From Octopus vulgaris (taxonomy: Eukaryota), in NCBI GenBank assembly GCA_951406725.2, contig OX597816.1, forward strand, positions 93,434,001-93,498,000: a DNA stretch of 64,000 nt, read 5' to 3'. Both the position numbers and the translations under genes were made by a program. A model generated the notes under the pieces. The model made no database searches. It saw nothing but the letters and a program-made list of their open reading frames with translations, and was not told the DNA's origin. Below are positions 25,276 through 37,720 of this stretch, piece by piece (the stretch's first letter is position 1; each line of letters starts with the position of its first letter).

Positions 25276-26424
25276 AATGCATACACACACATACACTGGA
25301 GAGATGACAAGAGACTGATACTTCTGGCAATTTGCTGTACTTGAGAAAACACATCAAGCTGAGTAAAATTATGTCCATCCATACATACGCAATCTATCCT
25401 CTGTTAAAACAAATATATATATATATATATACATGCACATATGTATGTAGGTATACACGCACACACATATGTTTGTATGTATAAAGAAATATAAACACTT
25501 GTACATCATGCACACATACATATGACATACAATACTATTGAAATATATATTGTATAAGCGCTAATTTGAATTTATCACAAGAAAATATTATTCTTTCATT
25601 ATTTCTACATCTGTTGAAGACATTTAAAGAGTGTTATTGTTTGGCCAGTGTTACTACTTAGTGGTGAAGCCTGGTTTACTTATGAGCTTGATAACATGAG
25701 AAAGTAATACTAAGATATACCAATTTGTTTTCACAAACCGGGCATTGGTACTGTAAGGAAGACTAAGATCTCTTTAATATACAATGCTTGCTGACCTGAC
25801 AATGAGGGAGACTATGTCTTGTCAGTCAAGCTGCTAGAAAAAGCAGCTAAATATTACTTAAATCACACCACCCTCTTGTTTTAAAGGGAAAAATACAGAA
25901 TGGATAATGTGATTAATCTGAATCTGGATGCACTATATCTAAATAAAAGATGAAGTGGTCATGGATGGGTTGCTTTTGAAAATGCTAGCTCAGTTAAAGT
26001 TGATCTGGGGATACACAGCAACAAGATCAAAAGCAACAATGTTTGCTAGCTGATTGATTTACTCTCATTGGCTCTGCTGAGCAGAAAATGATCATAAGAT
26101 CAACAGGCTTCACCATATGGTTAATAATTTTACTTGCAACTCCATAGCCTCAGGTTCAATCTTCCTGCATGGCTCTTTCAGCTCACATATCACAACCTTC
26201 AGTTGACCAAAGCTTTGTTGAGAGAAATTTAGAAAGTGGCAACTATGCAGAAGTCTGTGAGATGGACTGTACTGGTTACATACTGGGGTCGATCTAATCA
26301 ACTGGTCCCCTCCCCAAAAATTTCAGGCCTTGTGTCCAGAGTAGAAAAGAAGATCTATTGCAAGTACTTTCCATCAACACTTCATTGTCAACAATATTAT
26401 TAAGACATAAACTAAAGTTAATAT

Positions 26425-26940
26425 ATACAATGGTGAGCATTAGTCTGTTGAGGAGTGCTCTTGGCAAGGATTTTGCCCACAATGGATTTCAAGGTAATCC
26501 CCCTGCAGTTGGAGCAGTCAGACTTCCTTCCTCTGTTCTTATATAAAGTGATGATGACAGCATTGCAGAAATCCTGTGGTAACCTGCTATGCTTCCAATA
26601 GCAGATGGAAAGGTTGTGGAGTTCAGAGTGCAGTACTGCACCAGCTGCTCTCCCTGTCACGGGTGAGATTCCATTCACTCCCGCTGCCTTTCAACTTTGC
26701 AGTTCGTCTATGGCTTTGGTCATCACCTTAAGAGAGGGGATTTCATCCAGCTCTGACAAGGCTGCTGTGGGATACATAGCACTACCAAGTCTTTCACTTA
26801 ATTGTCCCTGAAGAGAGTTTGAAAGTATTCTGACCACCAGTTCAAGATAGAGGCTTTGTCTGTGCAAAGCATCTTTCTGTCTGCACTGTGTAATGGACTC
26901 TGGACCTGGTGAAAGGGATCGTACACAACTTTTAGAACCT
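26425..26940 (-). mobile_element. BovB-like RTE LINE RT N-terminal fragment, decayed
   Basis: LDEIPSLKVMTKAIDELQS..KAAGVNGISP..LPQDFCNAVIITLYKNRGRKSDCSNCRGITLKSIVGKILAK. Confidence 0.85.
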
Positions 26941-27002
26941 CTTGTAGTCACTTGCATCTGCACCAAACAGTTCTTTTGGCAAGATTTATCCATCACTCAT
27001 TT

Positions 27003-27520
27003 TGGAAGGAGACTGGGGATTGTCAAATGGTTAATAAGAGCTGTACAGGAATGCAGTTAGTAAGGTAAAGGTCGGCAATGAGTATAGTGAAAAATTCCAG
27101 GTAGAAGTAGGTGTTCACCAAGGATCATTCCTCAGCCCCCTCTTATTCATCATAGTCCTCCTGGCAATAACAGGGGAATTCAAATCAGGTTGCCCCTGGG
27201 AGCTCCTCTATACCAATGACCTTACTCTCATATCAGAATCACTACCAGAACAAGAGAAGAAATTTCAGGTGTTGAAGCAAGTTTTAGAATCGAAGGACCT
27301 TAGAATCAATGCTGCAAAAACCAAAGTCCTAGTAAGGAGGAAGGCGAACACATCACAAACCCCTTCAGGTAGATGGCCCTGCTCAATCTGTAGAAAAGGT
27401 GTAGTTAGAAACGCCATAAGATGTACTCAGTGTAAGCTATGGATACATAAGAGGTGGAGCAACATCAAAGGAAGGTTAACTGGGAAGATAGCTTTTGTGC
27501 GCAGCAGATGCACAGGGGCA
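27003..27520 (+). mobile_element. RTE LINE RT fragment including PHD-like finger
   Basis: GVHQGSFLSPLLFIIVL..CPWELLY..WPCSICRKGVVRNAIRCTQCKLWIHKR. Same family as 30626-32437. Confidence 0.9.
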
Positions 27521-27559
27521 TCTATGATATTGAAGTAAGTAAAGTTATATTCTTTAGTC

Positions 27560-27790
27560 ATGTCAGCTCATAAGGGCTGATTTTCCAGTTTTCATAGAGC
27601 ATAACCTCCCCACCTGGACAGGATACTGGTCTGTCACAGGATTACTCATTTTTGCCAGCTGACAGGACTGGAACAATGTGAAACAAAGTGTTTTGCTCAA
27701 GAACACAACATGTCACCTGGTCCAAGAATTGAAACCACAATCTTACAATCATGAGTCCAACACACTAATCACTAAGCCACATATCTCCAC
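27560..27790 (-). mobile_element. tRNA-derived SINE related to family C
   Basis: Head gtggagatatgtggcttagtgattag..ggtttcaattc, then ttcttgagcaaaacact and cagctggcaaaaatgagtaatcctgtg. Confidence 0.75.
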
Positions 27791-27864
27791 TATGACACTG
27801 AGGTCACCAAGGATAATGTTCTTGTCATCTGCTGGAGTGCATTGAAAGAGGCTGCAAACACATC

Positions 27865-28035
27865 ACAAAAGCTGTTGCTCAGAGTTTCACGTTCCCATTC
27901 ACTGGAATGGAAATGTGGCACTCTGAGTAACAGATTTTGTTATGTATTCGTAGCTTTGTTAATAAAGCATATTACTCTACCTCCGGTATTTGAGTACTAT
28001 TTTTTCCTCCTTGTTTTGCATTTATGTGTTGACTC
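27865..28035. repeat. 76-bp palindrome of degenerate hammerhead-like motifs plus adjacent dispersed repeat (probable PLE terminal repeat)
   Basis: acaaaagctgttgctcagagtttcacgttcccattc / gaatggaaatgtggcactctgagtaacagattttgt. The downstream part recurs inverted at ~32830-32960. Confidence 0.65.
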
Positions 28036-28090
28036 TGGTATATATATATATATATATATATATAGATGTATGTATGCATGTATGTATATG

Positions 28091-28131
<41 letters not shown>

Positions 28132-28145
<14 letters not shown>

Positions 28146-28517
28146 CTGAAGTTGTCTGTTTGTGGCAGGTTTGATAGCCTTCAACTAACACTATCTCCTC
28201 CGAGACCCTGCGGCGCAAGTTGACCAAAATTGAGAGTATGATAGAAGGCTTGCTCTTCCTTCCGTAGAAGATAAAATTCAAATCAGACCATGTTAACACC
28301 AAAAATTATTTACATAAAAGAGGTGCTTTTTTCTATGAAAATCCCTATTTTTAATGATTTTTTTAACTGCTGTGTCGCCATTTTTCGGTGTATTACAACC
28401 AGAAAAATGTTCACTTAAAGAGAATAACAAGCTACATAATGCAACATTTTTACTTTTCAAAAATTCCAATTCTAAAGGGTCGAAGCAAACCCGAACAACG
28501 CCGGGCAAAACTGCTAG
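28132..28517 (+). mobile_element. Non-autonomous Helitron-like element
   Basis: 3' GC-rich hairpin cccg-aacaacgc-cggg, 8 nt upstream of a terminal CTAG|T (28514-28517). The 5' end merges into (TA)n-AAAG. No TIRs. Confidence 0.75.
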
Positions 28518-28929
28518 TATATATATATATATATATATATATTGCATATATATATTTTGTGTTCCTTTTCAAATGTTGTGCTATTGTAGTTGTGTTATTG
28601 TCATAGTTGTTATCATTGTTGTTGTTAATTTTTGCTGTTGTTGTTTTCTTTGTCAGCAAATAAGAATCTAAATTAGTTATTAAAATCCTTAAAAGAAGTA
28701 CATTAAGCTCTATTTATTGGGATAATTCGATGTTCTACTTGTTGCTCTTGTATTTGTTGTTATTTTGTTCTTGGTTATTACTTTGTATTTTTTTTTAATA
28801 TATCGACTTGATTTAAAACTGAATTGATGTGTTAAAGCATCATTGTTGTACTAAATCTACCTCTTCACAAGTCTTGACCTAGAATAAAATTTTTTCAACA
28901 CTTACACTTTGTTATTCAGTTAAATTTTT

Positions 28930-29043
28930 CATTATTTATTATTATCATTATCATTATTATTATTATTATTTTTTTTTTTCCTTCTTTCTTCAAATTTTCT
29001 TCCGTTTCTTGCCGAGTGTTTTCTGTACTCATTATTATTATTA

Positions 29044-29089
<46 letters not shown>

Positions 29090-29140
29090 CATTATTAACA
29101 ACAATGATAATGATAATAATATTAACAATAATAATAATTA
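28930..29140. repeat. (ATT)n/(AAT)n microsatellite cluster
   Basis: Direct reading of the sequence. Confidence 0.9.
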
Positions 29141-30564
29141 TATTTAGCTGTATTTTTAGTTTTTCTATTTAAATTTTTCTTCAGTGAATTGATGAATTTG
29201 GAATGAAAACTGTAAAAATAAGTATCAACAAAATTTATGTATATATAGGTATATATATATATGCGTGTGTATATATGAAACAAAAAAGAATCATTTTCTA
29301 TTTAGCTTTCTTAGCTTTGCTTTAAAAATCTGGGCTTGTTGGAAATATGTCTGAAGTTAAGGATTTTAAGACGTTTACTTACACTTAAATGTTGGAAAAG
29401 ATGAAAACCTGTTTCTAAGAAATTTTTATTCTTAATTTTCATTTTTTTGTTGTTGTTGTTGTTTTGGTTTCATTCTGTTTTGTTTTGTTATATAACTTTT
29501 AATTTTTTTTTGTGTGTTTTACTTTGTACAATATCTGAAGATTATTCTCTCAGTTCAAGAAATATGACTGTGGGCAATATATGATTGAATAGTAGCTGTG
29601 TGCACTAGAAATACTTCTGCTACCACGAAGATGCAGATCGTCAATTTAGAATTTTGATAGTCTTTGCAAAGCCCGAGGATTTACATTAAAATATTTTTTT
29701 CTTTTTTCTTCTTTTTTTTTTACCGAACGTTATTGTCATTCTTTGAAAATCAGGGACTGATACCAGCAAGTTATATATCTAGACTATATTCCTTGCAGCA
29801 TTTTGTCTCTTCATTCTTTCATATATAGCTTGTAACAATCATAATGAAACATTCTCCTACATTCCAGCTTAAATTTAATTTTTTTTTTCTTACAATATAT
29901 CATTGTAGAGTCCTTCACATAACTATGACAATATTGCCTTAAAACATACACATATACATATATATGTATACATATGTGTGTGTATATATGTATATATATC
30001 ATCGTCATCATTTAATGTCCATTATGTATCTATATGTGTATGTGTTTATATATATGTGTGCATGTATGTATGTGTGCATATTTGTATGTGTATATTTGTG
30101 TGTGTATGGGCATGCGTGTATTCTTTGGTCTTTGTTCTTTATTTATGAATTCCCTGTCATACATCAAAAAAATCTCAACATGCTTTATTCACTACTCTTA
30201 CATCCATTAAGGTACCTCTTCTCAAAACTAACTGTTTCAAGAACAGCTTATTACTGCCCATTTTCTTGCTCTTTTTATTTTCATTTATCTTTCTTTTTTT
30301 TATATATATTTCATATTTATTCTTTATTCTCTTTCATGTTCTTTCTGTCTTTGCTGTCATTGTCATCCCTACCTCCACCTACTCCTCTTCTCCCTTTTCT
30401 TTTTCTTTATATAATATACTGTACTATACACTAATATAATATATATGTGTATGTAAATATATGTGTATGTATATACATTTACATGTGCATATATAATATG
30501 TGCATGTGTGTATGTATTTGCGTATATATATATACATATATATGTTTATGTGTGTGTGTATGTA

Positions 30565-30625
<61 letters not shown>

Positions 30626-30629
<4 letters not shown>

Positions 30630-32437
30630 TCATCATCATCATCATTTAGCATCCGCTTTCCATGCTAGCATGGGTTGGACGGTTCAACTGGGGTCTGTGA
30701 AGCCAGAAGGCTGCATCAGGCCCAGTCTAATCTGGCAGTGTTTCTATGGCTGGATGCCCTTCCTAACGCCAACCACTCCGTGAGTGTAGTGGGTGCTTTT
30801 TACGTGCCACCTGCACAGGTGCCAGACGGAGCTGGCAAACAGCCACGGATGGATGGTGCTTTTTACGTGCCACCGGCACGGGGGCCAGGCGAGGCTGGCA
30901 ACGACCACGATCGGATAGTGCTTTTTACGTGCCACCGGCACGGGGGCCAGGCGAGGCTGGCAACGGCCACGATCGGATGATTCACTTACTTGTCACCGGC
31001 ACTGGTATCACAGCTGCAATCTCCATTGATGTTGATCGACTTCGATTTTGGTTCTGCTTTCTGATATCTGAGTTGATTTGGTTTGATTTTGATTTTCATT
31101 TGCCTCAATGGGTCTTCACAAGTGGAGTTTTGTGTCCCAAGAAGGAAAGGTATGTATAAGTCGACTGGCTACATACCAAGTAGAGGCCACGGGTTATGGT
31201 CTCACTAGTCTTGCCAGGTCTTCTCACACACAGCATACTTCCATAGGTCTCGGTCTCTAGTCATTTCCTTGGTGAGACCTGAAGTTCGAAGGTCGTGCTT
31301 CACCACCTCGTCCCAGGTTTTCCTGGGTCTACCTCTTCCACAGGTTCCCTCAACCACTAGGGTATGGCACTTTTGCACACAACTATCTTCAGCCATTCTC
31401 GTCACATGACCATACCAGTGCAATCGTCTCTCTTGCACACCACAACTGATGCTTCTTAGGTCCAACTTTTCTCTCAAGGTACTTACACTCTGTCAATTAT
31501 GAACACTGACATTACACATCCATCGGAGCATACTGGCTTCATTTCTTGCGAGCTTACGCATATCCTCAGCAGTCACAGCCCATGTTTCACTACCATGTAG
31601 CATGGCTGTTCGTACACATGCATCATACAGTCTGCCTTTTACTCTGAGCGAGAGGCCTTTTGTCACCAGCAGGGGTAAGAGCTTTCTGAACTTTGCCCAG
31701 GCTATTCTTACTCTAGCAGTTACACTTTCAACACACCCACCCCTGCTACTGACTTGGTCAACTAGGTAGTGGAAGCTATCAACTACTTTTAGTTTTTCTC
31801 CTGGAAACGTGGTAGAAGTTGGTCTCTGCACATTTTCAGTGTTTATTGCTCCTGAGCATCTGCCACAGACAAAAACTATTTTCTTAGTTAGCCTTCCTTT
31901 GACATTGCTGCACCTCTTATGTGTCCATAGCTTCCACTTGGTGCACCTTATCGAGTTTCTACCTACACCTTTTTTACAGATCGAGCAGGGCCATCTACCT
32001 GAAGGCGTTTGTGATTGGTCTACCTTCCTATTTATTAGGACTTTGGTTTTGGCTAGGTTGATTCTAAGGCCCTTCGTTTCTAATCCTTGCTTCCACACCT
32101 GAAACTTCTCCTCCAGTTCTGATAGTGACTCAGCAATTAGAGCAAGGTCATCAGCATAGAGGAGCTCCCAGGGGCATCCTGTCTTGAATTCCTTCGTTAT
32201 TGCCTGGAGGACTATGATAAATAGGAGGGGACTGAGGACTGAACCTTGGTGGACCCCAACCTCTACCCGGAATTCTTCACTGTACTCGTTGCCAACCCTC
32301 ACCTTACTAGCAGCGTCTTTGTACATAGCTCGCACAGCTCTCACTAACCATTCATCTATCCCTAGTTTCCTCATTGACCACCAGATAAGGGATCGGGGGA
32401 CCCTGTCGAAGGCTTTCTCCATGTCAATGAAAGCCAG
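30626..32437 (-). mobile_element. 5'-truncated RTE-clade LINE, best-preserved copy (RT, PHD-like finger, C-terminus, modular 3' UTR, (GAT)n tail)
   Basis: ORF 31493-32422 has [23 protein letters not shown] and LHGSETW. ORF 31205-31477 has LHWYGHVTRM and GRGRPRKTW. Flanked by (TA)n on both sides. Confidence 0.97.
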
Positions 32438-32684
32438 ATATATATATATATATATATATATATACTTATGTATAACTATATATACTTATGTATAACTATA
32501 TATACATATACATATGTATATATGTGTGTGGGCATATACATATGTATGTATATGTATGTGTGTGTATATATGTGTATATGTATGTGTGTATGTATATATA
32601 TATATATATATATATTTATACATACACATATATATATCTATATATACATACATATATATATGTACATAGAGAGATAGATCGATT

Positions 32685-32751
<67 letters not shown>

Positions 32752-32761
32752 TTATGTATGT

Positions 32762-32818
<57 letters not shown>

Positions 32819-32820
32819 TA
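32438..32820. repeat. (TA)n/(TAGA)n/(CA)n compound microsatellite
   Basis: Direct reading of the sequence. Confidence 0.95.
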
Positions 32821-33451
32821 CTCACAAGTAAGCATATAGGTGCAAAACAAGGTGGTAAAGATAGTATTCGAATAACAAAGGTAGAGTAATATACTGTTTT
32901 ATTACAGCTGAAAAAATCTTCAGAAATTGATTTTCAGAGTCATGACTTCAGACAGTAGCGATAATACATATATACATACATGTTATTCTTATCTTTGTCA
33001 AATCAGTCCTTTGCTACTATGAATTCTGCCTGAAGGTGTTCATTGTCCTCAGGCAAGTATCTTACCTGAAAATCCTATACAATTCTGAGTAGCAAGATAC
33101 TGACTTGATTCAAATATAAACATTTGGAAGGCTTCAGCCAATGATATCATCTGTGTACATTGAACATTTGGACTTCCTACATGTGTTCAATGACTTGGAG
33201 ATTTTCCAACCATTTCGAGCGAAACCTTCCTCACTGAACATTTCCAACATGTTGGCAATCCCACTGCCTGCTCATGTAGAGGAAGAAGAAGCAGACATAA
33301 AGGTATAAATATATTCTGTTCACAGCTTAGGCTTACTGTGTGCCAGCAAAGTTGGTAACAAAATGGTAAATTTCCTTGTAGACTGAACAAATCATCATGA
33401 TAAAACAGAAGACAGTGGTCTGCAATCTGTTAAGCAGGAGTCATTGTAGCA

Positions 33452-33803
33452 AGTTTTCCTGGGTCTACCTCTTCCACGGGTTCCCTCCACTGCTAGGGAT
33501 TGGCACTTTTTCACACACCTATCTTCATCCATTCTCGCCACATGACCATACCAGTGCAATCGTCTCTCTTGCACACCACAACTGATGCTCCTTAGGTCCA
33601 ACATTTCTCTCAGGGTACTAACGCTCTGTCGAGCATGCACACTGACATTACACATCCATCGGAGCATACTGGCTTCATTTCTCGCGAGCTTATGCATGTC
33701 CTCAGCAGTCACGGCCCATGTTTCACTGCCATGTAGCATGGCTGTTCGTACACATGCATCATACAGTCTGCTTTTTACTCTGAGTGAGAGGCCTTTAGTC
33801 ACC
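33452..33803 (-). mobile_element. RTE LINE ORF2 C-terminal fragment
   Basis: VTKGLSLRVKSRLYDACVRTAMLHGSETW..LHWYGHVARM..GRGRPRKT. Highly similar to ~31315-31670. Confidence 0.95.
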
Positions 33804-33839
33804 AATATATATATATATATTTATATATATGTACAAAAG

Positions 33840-33979
33840 GCTTGACCCCAGGACTTACTCTGTAGGAACCTAGTACTTAATCTACTAGTCTCATTTGCCA
33901 AACAACTTATTTAGACGAATGTAAACAAACCAACATCGGTTGTCAAGCAATGGTGGGGAGACAAACACAGACACACAAG

Positions 33980-34013
<34 letters not shown>

Positions 34014-34175
34014 CAATGGGCTTCTTTCAGTTTCTGTCTACCAAATCCATTCACAAGACTTTGGTTGGCCCAAGGCTGTAGTAGAAGAAACTTCCCCAAG
34101 GTGTCACACAGTGGGACTGAACCCGGAACCATGTGGCTGGGAAGCAAGCTTCTTACCACACACCCATGCCTGAGC
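33840..34175 (-). mobile_element. SINE family A
   Basis: Head, core and most of the 3' part match 16327-16721. Confidence 0.88.
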
Positions 34176-34285
34176 CTACTTAATTCATCCCCAAGAGGAT
34201 GAAAGGTAAAGTCAACCTCATCAAAAAATTTGAAGTAAGAACGTTAAATTAATCTAATGGTTTCTTTTACACATTTATAAAGTAC

Positions 34286-34410
34286 AAATTTATTATTCTT
34301 ATACAAGAATGTTGTTGAGGTTGACTTTGAAGTTTTGGCCAACAATGGCTTAGCTGCCCGAAACTTTGAAGTCACTGTCAACAACATTCTTGTATATGAA
34401 TATAAAATTT
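34286..34410. repeat. ~125-bp palindrome related to 16866-16937
   Basis: tatacaagaatgttgttga / tcaacaacattcttgtata is a perfect 19-bp pair. The inner right arm carries GAAAC-tttgaa-GTC. Confidence 0.85.
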
Positions 34411-35312
34411 AAATATATACATATACGTTCATGTGCATTATATATATATATAAGCATGCATGTATGTATTATGTACATATGTATTATAAATAATATAATA
34501 TATTACAAATGTGAGGTATCAAATATCTATCCCCCAAACAATCAAATTTCAATATAAAAGTAAATGAAAAACAAATAAAAAAAAGGGGAAACAGGTAAAT
34601 ATTTACTTTGATTTTAAAGATATTAATCATTGTCAGCTGATGTTTCTCTGTAAGTGGCTAACACTAACGTACATTGCACTTGTAAATTGTTAGATTTAAA
34701 AACTGCCTTTTTTTTTTTTCTCCTCATCCATTATAAAATAGGAAAAACTCTCTTTCTTTGATGCAGTTACTTAGGTATATTAAATTGAAGAAAAAAAAGT
34801 CACAAAATATATACCTCAACAGCCACCGGATGAAATGGTTGAAAACTAGAATAATATTTGACTAAAGTTATTTTCCATAATTGAAAATGTTACAACAGAA
34901 ATGTTCCACATATAATGTATGTATGTGCATGCATTTATTTACATACTTACACATACATACACACACACATAAACGTATGTATGCATATATACATATATAT
35001 ATGTACATATGTGTGTGCGTATGCATATATGTAAATGCACATATATATAAATATATATATACACACATATGCATCTATATATATATATGTATGTATCTAT
35101 ATCTGCCTATCTACCAGTATATTTATATATCATCATCATCATTTATGCACAAACACATTCACACATATATCCATATCTATTTATCTATCCATTTGTATAT
35201 ACATATATAATATATATATATATATAACACTTTAACTCTTTGACTTGTTTCAGCTTTAAAGCTGGCAGTCATGCTGAGGTACCACCACGATATATATATA
35301 TTATAGATATGC

Positions 35313-35343
<31 letters not shown>

Positions 35344-35347
35344 TATA

Positions 35348-35399
<52 letters not shown>

Positions 35400-35619
35400 T
35401 AATTATACATTTGTGTATATATCTATCTATATATTTATTGATATATATACATATATATAGTTGAAATTTATAGGAAAACAAAAGACGAAGACAGGTGTAT
35501 GAACAACAAGCAGGTGTATTAGTTTGATGCTCAGGAAAATGGAAAAGTCTTTTACATTTCAAGCCTATGCTCTTCAAAAGTTTGGAAGAAGTGTTTGAAA
35601 GAAAAGCTGTGAATAGAAT

Positions 35620-35915
35620 CTGAGGATGAGGTAGACTCAGGAAGACATAGACGTTGAATCTCACAGGGTGATGACAAATGATCAAGACCTTTGGCAACTT
35701 GCTGTGCTTGAGAAGACACCAAGTCAAGTGAAATCGCAGTCATGGTCAGTACTGGTGACACATAAAATGTATCCACTACTCTCTTTAAGTGGTTGGCATT
35801 AGGAAGGGCATCCAGTCATAAAAATCAAGCCAAGAGTGGAGCCTGGTACAGCTCTCTGGTTTACCAGTACCAGTCAAACCCACTAACCCATGCCAGTATG
35901 GAAAACAGACACAAA
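35620..35915 (+). mobile_element. RTE LINE 3' end, degraded
   Basis: ggtagactcaggaagaca ... gtggttggcattaggaagggcatcc ... cccatgccagtatggaaaacagac. Confidence 0.8.
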
Positions 35916-36094
35916 AAGACCCAAAGGTGTCAGGTAATACTGAGTAAGTACTACGGATAGACCATAGTCTAGCTCCAGGTTCGGTGATTACGTGAATAAG
36001 GAGCTCAACGTAGGTAGTTTATCAGCATGTGTATATATAACAATTTTTTATATAAAAAAAATTTCACACATATATATATATAATGTATGGAAAA

Positions 36095-36325
36095 TATTAA
36101 CCCTATTTTACTAAATAAGGCACTCATCTTCACCAAGACTAGAACCAAATTATCCATGAAAGAAATTAAAATTATACTTGAAGCTAGAAAGACGGTAATA
36201 TTTCATGAAGGGAAATATTGGACCAGGAAAGACACACCAGACTGCTATGATGTATGTACCCATGAGCAGAAGTAACTGGGATATACCTGCTGCACGAATT
36301 TAAAGATGAATTCCCTGAAAAAAAT
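36095..36325 (+). mobile_element. Penelope-like RT fragment
   Basis: INPILLNKALIF..EIKIILEARKTVIFHEGKYWTRKD..YDV, then AEVTGIYLL after a frameshift. Matches the PLE RT region preceding the MGS motif. Confidence 0.75.
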
Positions 36326-36434
36326 AATTCTCGAAAATTTAATTCACTGGTGGCTGTAGTTGATTTCGGCACAAAACGAATCAGTTGCAGTGCAGACATA
36401 TTAGTATGATTGGTTGGGGTTTCTATCATTGTAA

Positions 36435-36490
36435 TGTATGCTGAAGAAACTAAGGCGATTTTTTTGCATGTGCAGAAACCGGTCCATGTG
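36435..36490 (+). ncRNA. Degenerate minimal hammerhead motif downstream of the Penelope RT fragment
   Basis: tgtatg-CTGAAGA-(27 nt, stem II eroded)-GAAAC-CG-GTC-catgtg. Stem I pairs and ACCGGT is palindromic. Confidence 0.6.
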
Positions 36491-37389
36491 AGTCTATATA
36501 CTTCAATGTGCATTAAGAGATTTTATTAATCTGATCTGTTTTAGGTTGATTTCTGTAGTTATCATCAGTGTATTTTGATGATTTAAATAAGAGTTTTGAC
36601 TGTTATTTCCAGTGGGTAGACATACTTAGTATGTCCTTTGATTAATCTATATACATATATATACATACATATATATATATATCTACATATATATATATAC
36701 ACACACACATATATATATGGATGGATGTATTTATGTATGTATGTGTGTGTGTGTGTGTGTGTAACCTTTGAATATATTTTGATTTTGAAGGTATGAATTA
36801 ATTCAACTGCAATGACCTTCTCTAGTGTTTATAGAGTAAGTAAAAAGTCTACTGTTTTTGTTGCTTTCCCAAAGGGGAGCTTCAATCAGAATTTTCAACC
36901 TTTATATATCAGTATTAAATAATCACTTTTAGAGTGATATACTAAACATAAATTACAGACTGATGAGTATCATATATATATCAGCCAAAATTGCGAGGAT
37001 GATCCGGTTCTTGACTGAAGATAAAAGGCTTCGAATGACCCGTCCTTGTTTTTTTGTATTGTCTACCTGGATGTTTTGTTGTCCCTTTTTGTATCACCTA
37101 GTTGTCCAGATGTTTTGCGTTCTTACCCCATTTTGAATTATTATATATATATATTTTATTCATAACACATAGTGTACCTGAATATGTATATGGGAATGTG
37201 TGCATGTATATGTGGATATATATACATATACATATATATGCATACATGTGTGTGTATGTATGTATTTATAGATAGATGGATTACATCATCATCTTCATCA
37301 TCAGTTAACAGTCATATTACCCATAATGGCCACCAAGTGACAATTAAATGTTTTGACAAAAGACTGAGATATCTGGTGCCTTGCTGAAC

Positions 37390-37720
37390 TCAAGAAGACC
37401 TGTCTGTCACTGCAGATTTGATACTGGTGCTGGTGCTACATTAAAAGCACTGGTGCTGGTGCCACATAAAAAGCTCTGGTCAAACCATCCAACCCATGCC
37501 AGTATGGAAAACAGACGTTGAATGATGATGATGATGATTTTGATGATGATTTCATGCTGACATAGGTAGGATGTTTTGACAGGATCCAATGGATCTAACA
37601 ACAACATTGTGCTCTAATATCTGCTTTGATATGGTTTCTATAGCTGGTTGCCTTTCATAAAGTCAACTACTCTACAACATGAATTGGATGCTTTTACCAC
37701 ACTACCAGCACTATTGAGGG
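37390..37720. mobile_element. Two RTE LINE 3' ends arranged tail-to-tail (+ 37390-37550, - 37550-37720)
   Basis: ggtcaaaccatccaacccatgccagtatggaaaacagacgttgaatgatgat is followed directly by the inverted ttcatgctgacataggtagga..ggtttctatagctgg. Confidence 0.7.

Noticed and set aside
30793-30980. Repeat-spacer look of the 62-63 bp modules (CRISPR-like)
   Set aside because: The 'spacers' are homologous to each other, the array sits in a LINE 3' UTR, the context is eukaryotic and there are no cas genes.
31493-32422. 309-aa RT ORF as an active or domesticated gene, or a retron-like system
   Set aside because: It is a 5'-truncated LINE copy with no endonuclease, a broken reading frame near 31490 and mutated conserved residues.
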